The translations under genes were made by a program, and so were the position numbers. A DNA stretch of 45,220 bases, from the NCBI GenBank assembly GCA_013239625.1, contig MU053588.1, forward strand, positions 1,575,988 to 1,621,207, given 5' to 3'. The DNA comes from Lama guanicoe. Lineage: Eukaryota. Shown here in pieces: positions 37,514 through 45,220 of this stretch. Position 1 is the stretch's first letter. Each line of letters starts with the position of its first letter. The notes beneath the pieces were generated by a model, which was given only the letters and a program-made list of their open reading frames with translations, was not told the origin of the DNA and did no database searches.

Positions 37514-38129
37514 TTACCATTATGTCTTGTTTGCATTCCCCCACATCTTTAGTTATACTGTATCAGTGAAGGTCCCTGCAGGAGACAGATGACCAAATCA
37601 GTTTAGGGTAACTTGAGGTGGGTTTAATACCAGGAGTATTTACAAACGGATTGGATAGTGAAGGAAACAGATGAGGAGTAGTGCAAGGCCTTGGGACCCA
37701 CATGCATGAGGGTCTATCACGTGTAGGCCTGAACAAAAGGGAGGGAAGGGAGTGGTTACCTGACCTGGAAGGGAGGGGTCAGGTACACAGGTGGAGGACC
37801 CAGAGAGGTAGTGGTTGCCCTGAATGAAGGAAGCCTGAGGAGTAAATACTCTAACACTCTCCTTCCCCTCTCTCTGGCCCTACTCCTAGGCTCCCCATTG
37901 CCTGCACCCAACAGAAGCCAAAGGCCAGCTTCCTGGGGCCCAGAGGTGGGTGGAGAAGTGGGAGGGGCAAAAGGGAGACATCCTGCCTATACCACTAGTA
38001 AGGCTTCCATTCTAACAGGATTATTGAATAACCATCCCCTGTTGGTGAACATTAATGTTCTTTTCAGTGTTTTGTTAAAGTCATGGCTCTCAAGGCTGGG
38101 GGAGAGAAAGGGAGTAATTTTTCATTCTT

Positions 38130-39000
38130 TTAACAGTATCTTTCATAGGGCTGAAGTTTTATATTTTTCCAACTCATTGATTTTCTTCTTTTATGGATGA
38201 TGCTTTCATGATTTTAAAAAGTCATCACCTTGGTCCCTTACATTTTCTCCTATTTTAAGTTCTAGGAGTTTTATAGTTCTGCACTTCACGTTTAGGTCTA
38301 TGATACGTTTTAAGTTAATTTTTGTTAAATGTGTAAGGTCTGTATCTAGGTTTTTTTTTTTCCCTACGTGAAAGTTCTTTCAACACCATTTGTTGAAAAG
38401 ACTATCTTCTCATCATTGAATTGCCTTTGTTCCTTTCTTAAAGACCAGTTGACTATATTTGCATGGGTCTGTTCCTGAGCTCTCTATTCTGTTCCATTGA
38501 TTTGTCTATCCTTTCATTAATATCACACTGTTTTGATTAGTGTAGCTTTATAGTAAGTCTTGAAAGTCAGAGAGTGTCAGTCCTCCAACTTTGCTCTTCT
38601 CCTTTAATATTGTGAGAGCTATTCTGGGCCTTTTGGATCTCTGTATAAACTTTTACTTTGTCAATATCTACAAATTAACTTGCTGGGATTTTGATTGGAT
38701 TGCAAGGAATCTATAGATTAAGTTGGGAAGAACTGACATCTTGACAATATTGAGTCTTCCTATCTATGTTCATAGAGTATTTTCATTTTTAGATGTTCTT
38801 TTATTTCTTCCATCAGTTTTCCTTATATAGATCGTGTTCAGTTTTTGTTAGATTTGTACTTAAGCATTTCATTTTTGGGTGGTGCTGACGTAAATGGTCT
38901 TTTTTTTAAATTTCAAACTCGAATTGTTTATTGCTATTATACAAGAAAGAAATAGACTTTTGTATATTAACCTTCATCTGGCAACATTGCTATAATCATT
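38130..39000 (-). mobile_element. Old L1 ORF2 fragment (antisense) in the spacer
   Basis: tctaggagttttatagtt, caacaccatttgttgaaaagact, gttgggaagaactgacatcttgacaatattgagtcttcc L1 hallmarks. Confidence 0.8.
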
Positions 39001-39004
39001 TATG

Positions 39005-39445
39005 GTTCAGAAATACGTTTTTAAATGCATAATATTAAATACACAGGACTATGACGGAAACTGACTATATTGAAACACAGTTACCAAAACATAAAAGCAA
39101 TTTTGTGATAAGCAATACATATGCCTTTTTATTAATGTGTTAAGTAACAAGATATTGCAATGAGTTTAATAACTACTATACTTTTGAGGTAGTAATGAGA
39201 GTAAATGATATTTCAAGATGTGTGCCACATCTCTAACATGTTATGAAATATTTATGACTCCTTTTAGTGACAAAGTCACAGATTCTGCTAATACTATTGT
39301 GATTTGTTACTTACATTCATCATGGAAGGAAATGCTAAATTTCAGTTAAGGTTAGTGAAGGTGGAGATGCAGCTTTTTCTAGTGTTAAGTTCACCCTCCC
39401 CTGAATCCTATCACGGGGTGGTCCACGAACCCCAGGTTAAGCTAG
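39005..39445. mobile_element. Charlie1-like hAT fragment in the spacer
   Basis: gtgacaaagtcacag...ggaaggaaatgctaaatttcagtta...ccccaggttaag. Confidence 0.6.
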
Positions 39446-41127
39446 CCTTGCAGCAGTTAAATAGAATGAAGTAGATCTATATGCATTGACATGGAAAAAC
39501 TTTCAAGATATATTACTGAGTGAAAAAAGTAAATTGCTGAACAATACACATGGTGTGACACTCCTTGTGTTTATAAGTACTCACACATGCAAAAGCAATT
39601 CAGCAGAGAAAAATCGCCTTTTCAACAAATAGTGCTGTAGTAATTGAACCCCCATAGGCTAAAAAAATGTACCTTGACCTAAACCTTACACTAAAATAAA
39701 AATTAACTCAATATGTGACATGGACTTAAACATAAATTATAAAGCTATAAAACTTTGAGAAAAAATTATGAAAAACCTCTTCAGGCAATAGGAGGTGCTG
39801 GAAGCAGATTGAGGGAGGAAGGAAAGCAAAGTTGGAGAATTTATTCTCCCTTCGGGTTCCCTCCTGGCAGGGATGAGATCTGACAGTGGCTGGATTCCTC
39901 TGTCTCCAGCCACACATCTCACCTAGGATGGTAACAGCTCTCCGTGTTGCCAGCCTCCAGGTGCATCACCGCCCTTTGTTGATTTCATTAATCCTACTCA
40001 CTTTTTCCCAGGTTAAACATTTGAATAGGTCCCCTGCTTACTGTACAAAGAGACAATGGTAAGACACGAGAAGCAAGCTGCTAAACATTATACAGCCTGG
40101 TTTCAATTTGGGAGAAATTGTTCATTGAAAGAGAGAGAGAGAAAAAAAAAGAGGAATAGTAACTGATGGCTAAAAAGATTACGTCCAGGAAGTGGGATTC
40201 AAGACTTTAAATCTCCAAGTTGTATGTTTTTGTATTGACTGTATCTTTATAATGAATGTGTTACTTCGATAATCAGAAAACATATGCACAAATATATATG
40301 TTTAACATTTCTACACATGGGAAAAATTGTTCCAGAGCTGGGGTGAGGGGAGAGAGGTGGGTGGTGAAGTTATAGGTGGGTTTTTTTCCTCCCTTATGTT
40401 ACGTCTATATTTTTCAAGCTTTAACCAATGATCCTGCATTGCTAATTTTATCAAGATAAGTGGTAGATTTCATTTTTCATTCAAAAAAAAAGAGACTGAT
40501 TGAGACAGAACAGACAGAAAAACCCTGGCCTGAATGTTTGCTAGAAAAAGAAAGATGGAATTAGACATGGACAGAGACAAAACCAGGAACTGAGCAACAG
40601 AGACAAAAGGGAGGCATACAGAGAGGGACAGAAAGAGAAATGGAATGAAACAGAGACAGACCGTGAAGAGAGAGAAGGAGGCATTGAATTAGATATTTAG
40701 GGGGAGTTAATGGGTTAGACCAAGCTTTGAGGCTGGACTGAGTATATATTCAAATCCTGCCTCTGCCAATTACTTTGTATCCTGGAAAAGTTCCTTCCCT
40801 TTACTGTGGCTCAGTTTTCCCACCTATGAATTGGAGGTAGAAAAATTCTGGCAGTGTTATTTTTTGAGCATTAAATGAGACATGTGCATATCAATTACTT
40901 AGAACAAGGCCTAGTAACAGTAACACTGTATAAGGGCTGGTTATTATTATACAACAGAGATAAGGAAACCGAGGGTGACAAAAAGAAAGCAAAAGGATAC
41001 AGACAGGGACAGAAACCATAACTGGTGGCAGAAGAGTTTGGGTAGAATCATTGCTGGCACTGTCCCACGAGCGGGTAAAGTCCTCACACCATGCCTGCAA
41101 CTCTCCAGGCCGATCAATGGCCAGCAA

Positions 41128-41194
41128 TGACGTTAGGAAACAACCTGCACGGGGAAGCCCGGCTGCTCATCATTCTCAGCCCCTCACTTAAAAG
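41128..41194 (+). promoter_or_regulatory. IFNL4 copy B core promoter (CRE-like, NF-kB-like, TATA-like)
   Basis: TGACGTTA at 41128-41135; GGGGAAGCCC at 41151-41160; TTAAAAG at 41188-41194 followed by ccaccatggag, as in the IFNL3 promoter. Confidence 0.5.
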
Positions 41195-41499
41195 CCACCA
41201 TGGAGGGTGCAGGTACCACTGTCCCAGGTGGACAACAATCTGGACACCACCTGGGGGACACTGGAAGGCAGGCCCTGCTGCAGCAAGTGGCACTGAAGAC
41301 ATGGCAGGTGAGGAGTGAGGGGAGAGAGGCTGAAGGTAGGAGTAGGTGTCTGGACCCATCCTGTCTCTCCCCCTGAGAGGGCTCAGTGCCCGCCCTCTGA
41401 GCGTCAGTCCCTCTGCGAGTCTGACCACAGGCAGGGGCTTGGACTTGGGGGCTTTCTCTTTGGGCTCCCTGACGTCTGTTGCCTCTTGCAGGAGCAGAG

Positions 41500-42840
41500 A
41501 TGGGGCCGAGTGGCGCAGCCGCGGTGGCCATGGGGCTGTGGGTCTTGGTGACAGTGGGCGTGGCGGTGGACCCCGGTGTGGAGGCTCCCGGGCGCTGCCT
41601 CCTCTCCCAATACCGCTCCCTGGATCCCCGGGCACTGGAGGCAGTCAAGGCCCTGAGGAACCGCTATGTGAGTGATGCCCACACGCCTCTGCCCCCCGGA
41701 CCCTGGACCACCGGGCCCCCGGGTCCCAGGACGACAAACTTTGTCCCGAGGGGCCCTCTTGTCCTAGCGTCCAGCAGGCGCATCCTGGATCTCGGGGTCC
41801 AGAATTCAGGTCACACCTTTCCAGCCGCCCTGGTGGTCAGCTCATACAGGGCCTTAGTGGCTGTCACAGAGGGGCGCCCCCTTCAGGTGGACTCGGCTCC
41901 ACGTCCCTGCGCAGGATCCGCACCTGGAGCGCAGGTGCATTTCAGGCCTGCCTCGCGCCTTCAGAGAGCTCTCTGGTCAGGACACGATGAGCACAACCTT
42001 GTGGGCCGGCCCGATCCACGTGCAGGAGTCCGCGAGGATCCCCAGCATCATCCCGGCCCTTGTCCCGCAGGAGGAAGAGACGCTGAGCTGGAGGCCGCGC
42101 AACTGCTCGTTCCACCCGAGGAGGAACCCTCCGCCGCCGTCGGTGAGGCCCGCGGCCGGCAGGGGCTTGGGGACTTGGGCCCCGAGCGCGGCCCCATCTA
42201 ACTGCCGCTCGGTGCCCGCAGTCCTGCGCCCGACTCCGCCTGGTGGCCCGCGGCCTCGCCGACGCCCAGGCCGTGCTGAGCAGCCTGCCGAGCCCCGAGC
42301 TGTTCCCCGGCGTCGGCCCGACCCTGGAGCTGCTGGCGGCCGCGGGGCGGGACGTGGCGGCCTGCGTGAGTGCCGGTCCCGCCCTGGCCCCGCACCCCTC
42401 CCAGCTCGCTCGGTGTCCCCTAATCCGGGCTTGGGTCTGCGGCCGGGAGGGTGAGGGGCGGAGCCACCTGGGAGGGAGGCTCCGTTCTTCGCCGTCTTCA
42501 AGTTACGTGCGGTTCCCCTCCAGCTGCAGCTGGTCCGGCCAGGCTCCTGGAGGAGGTCCCCGCGGCCGCCCAGGAGGCGTCACAAAACTCGCAGAGCTGT
42601 GAGTGGAGCGGGCGGTCAAGCGGTTAGACCGCAGGGAGGACGGCGTGAGGCTGAGACGGGCCGGGCGCGCGCCGTGGAGCGGTGACGGACTGCAGGGGGG
42701 GCCCTGACTCAGGCCGGCTCTGCCTCCTTCCCGGGTTCCAGGAGTCGCCTCGGTGTCATGAAGCCAGCGTCATCTTCAACCTCCTGCGCCTGCTCGCGTG
42801 GGACCTGCGGCTGGTGGCAAACTCGGGACCTTGTCTGTGA
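41500..42840 (+). CDS. IFNL4: Interferon lambda-4, copy B (5 coding exons, 185 aa, intact)
   Basis: GT-AG phase-0 exons 41500-41667 (MGPSGAAAVAMGLWVLVTVGVAVDPGVEAPGRCLLSQYRSLDPRALEAVKALRNRY), 42071-42142 (EEETLSWRPRNCSFHPRRNPPPPS), 42222-42365 (SCARLRLVARGLADAQAVL...GRDVAAC), 42524-42598 (LQLVRPGSWRRSPRPPRRRHKTRRA) and 42742-42840 (ESPRCHEASVIFNLLRLLAWDLRLVANSGPCL*). Confidence 0.95.
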
Positions 42841-43627
42841 TCCCGCCGCGGCCCCGCCTGGGACCCGAAGCTCCGAGGTCGCCTGGCTGCGGGCGCCGCC
42901 CCCCTCCGCTGCCCCATTGGACCCGGCGGGTCTCTCAGCCTCCACCCGCCTGCGCTGGTGCCAGAGGCGCCCTTTTCCCAGAGCCAGAACCAGTTCCCCT
43001 CGGAAGCCGCTCTATTTCCGTGGGAAGTGTCGCCCTAAGATCTGCCAGGGCCCCGGGCTGGCAGGAAAAGACTGGATTCCGTGTCGACCTTGGTCGCTGA
43101 CCACCACGTACCATGGACCAGTTTCTACTTCTGTGGTTACAGAAACCTCCCTGTCCCTTGACAGGTTCCAACGCCTGCTTTGAACCTTCAGTGCCCGCTT
43201 TGACATTCCATGAATATGGGACTGTTGGATCTCTCTGCTGGGGAGACCTCATTCCATGAGGGACTGGGCAAGAGTCCTTCTGTTAAGTAGTTTTTTGAAT
43301 TCTGTTACTTTTGTGTGTTTTGTATTTATGAAGTTCCTATGTATGTTTGCTCTTTTGTCTTCTTGGGTTAATTTATTGCCAGTTATTAAATATTACTGCA
43401 TTTGCATTGGTTGTTTCTCTGTGATCATTTTGAGGGTGACTGTACAGCACAAAATGCTGAGAGGGAAATCAGGTGACCTGAGTTTCAATTCTGCCCCGTT
43501 ACTTAATTGTGTACCCAGCCTCCGTTTAGTCTTCTATGCCATGATATTATTACACGTCCCTTGCCATGAGTAATACACATTGAAACAGTGCTCGTGAAGC
43601 TTCCAGCTGAAGTCACAGAATGATCTT

Positions 43628-43633
43628 AATAAA
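43628..43633 (+). terminator. Candidate polyadenylation signal, IFNL4 copy B
   Basis: AATAAA about 790 nt after the stop; alternative ATTAAA at 43385-43390; ATTTA motifs in the 3'UTR. Confidence 0.55.
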
Positions 43634-45220
43634 TGGTCTCCATGAAATAATCACACACATAAAAGTGCAAACAATTGTACTTTTTACATTCATCGAGATC
43701 TGGGCAGGATGGGTAATCTTTGTGGCCAACTGCAAAGCCTGTTTCCCAAGATCACACAGCTAGTGGGGAGCCCCCGAGGCTTCATGCTCTGGATCACATG
43801 TTCCTAACCACTCCCTGAGCTTTCTTTCTAAGAAAGACATTATGATGTCTAGGGATTTTGAGATAATAAGTTAATTTTCAAAATTCATTCTTGTTTCACT
43901 GTCTCCTCCCCTGAGGTAAGGCCTCCTCCAAGTGACAGAAACTGACCAGAACACCGGCGGTGACTTGCACATCCCTGCTATTGGTTTTAACACATTTTTG
44001 CATATCGGACCTCAAAGATATTACCCAACACGGATTTCAGTCTACCCTCTCCCTGGAATTAAAATGAGGGAAAGAGAGGGTGGGAGTAACAGTCAAAAAG
44101 GACTCAGCAACTTCTGTCCAAGAAATCCATCACTTCCAGGTCCAGGAGGTCTCGCTACAGTCAGGCTGGAGGGTGCAGTGGTTATTGCCTGATGCCAGGC
44201 AAAACTCAGTTAAAATCCTGCCCTCACTAGTTATTTGCTGTGTGGCCTTGAACAAGTCTCTTAACCTCTCTGAGCCTCTAAACTTCCATCTGTATTTGAC
44301 ATGTAGGCAAAGCACAGTAAGTCCTTGGTGCTACTGTGGGTATTTAACCACGTTGTGGCCAAGCCTCTGTGACAGGGTGAGACATACACCAAAAGTGGGG
44401 GTGGCGGTGGTGTCTGTTTTCCATTTGCACTGACTGTTCCCTTTTCGCAGAATGCTCCCCCTCGGATCTTCACAGAGCTCCCTCCCTCACTTCCTTTAGG
44501 TCTTTCCCTAAATGTCATTTCTCAGACACCTCATTTAATGCAAACTTCCTCCCGCACTCTGCTCTCAACCCCGTTTCATTTTTTCATTTTCTGTTATCTG
44601 ACGTTCTCTGACACAATACACACCACAAGCCCGACTCCCCGACCTCCGCTGTGTGTTCCTCCTCTCTAGCAAAAAGCTCCATGAAGGATTGTGGTATGTC
44701 TTTTTCTTTTTTCAGTGCTCTTGCCCTGGCACCTTGAACAGGGTCTGACCCAAAGTGGTGGCTGAATAAATATTTGGTGAACAAATGAAGGTGTTTGTCA
44801 CAAACCAAGCTGGTTGCCTTGAAGGCTTGGTCGGCCCACAATTCCAGAGCAGAGCCTCCTGTTCCTGGGTCCTTCTATGCCTGGACAATTAGAGATGTTA
44901 GCGCGGGCTCGCCTCCTCCCCCATTCCATCTTTGTGTGTACCAGGTTGCGAAAGGTGGGGAGGAGCTGGTCTCCTCTCTTAATGGGTGTGTTTTGCCTTC
45001 TGACTCTCTCTCCCCACCCCCAGCAGCACCCCCAGATCTTCTCCCATCACCTAAACAGCCTCCCACTTGGAAGGTCCAGGTTCTTCCCGGCACTAAACAG
45101 CCCTTGGAAGGTCCAGGTTCTTCCCGGCAACTCCTTCTAGGCGTGCTCTTTCCCCCCACTCCCTGCACTGGGGCATCCTGCAGCAAGGAATCCCTCTGTC
45201 CCCTCTGCACCCCACCCCAG

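Larger units (their letters stand above)
40047..45220. repeat. Right arm of large inverted segmental duplication (continues past the window end)
   Basis: Reverse complement of 32013-37143; four differences found by eye. Confidence 0.97.

Noticed and set aside
41195..41203. Perfect Kozak gccaccATGG upstream of IFNL4
   Set aside because: Sits a few nt after the TATA-like box, so probably upstream of the TSS; treated as part of the core promoter.
41479..42201. 240-aa ORF and its mirror at 34990-35712
   Set aside because: IFNL4 exon 1 read through GC-rich intron 1 and out of frame in exon 2; not a separate gene.
32013..45220. Palindrome as a pure assembly fold-back artefact
   Set aside because: Disfavoured but not excluded: there is a 2.9 kb unique spacer, the arms differ by a structured 37-bp duplication and a substitution, and the layout matches the known human inverted IFNL arrangement.

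Overview
Mammalian genomic DNA, most likely camelid (inferred from the tRNA-derived Vic-1-like SINEs), syntenic with the human 19q13 PAK4-NCCRP1-SYCN-IFNL interval. In order: the last four coding exons of PAK4 (+); a full-length processed FTL retrocopy with an open 175-codon frame and an intact iron-responsive element, inserted into an old L1; NCCRP1 (+, 6 exons); SYCN (-, 2 exons); an orphan CpG/CTCF-like element; a TE-dense block with an ERV-L pro/pol remnant; and an IFNL3-like gene (-). The main feature is a >=5.1 kb near-perfect inverted duplication (32013-37143 vs 40047-45220, 2.9 kb spacer). It carries two intact, apparently identical IFNL4 genes head-to-head and runs off the window toward a predicted second IFNL2/3 gene. 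Both IFNL4 copies also show a candidate in-frame upstream coding mini-exon and a core promoter resembling those of IFNL3. All coordinates were read by eye; repeat family names come from recalled consensus sequences and need RepeatMasker confirmation.
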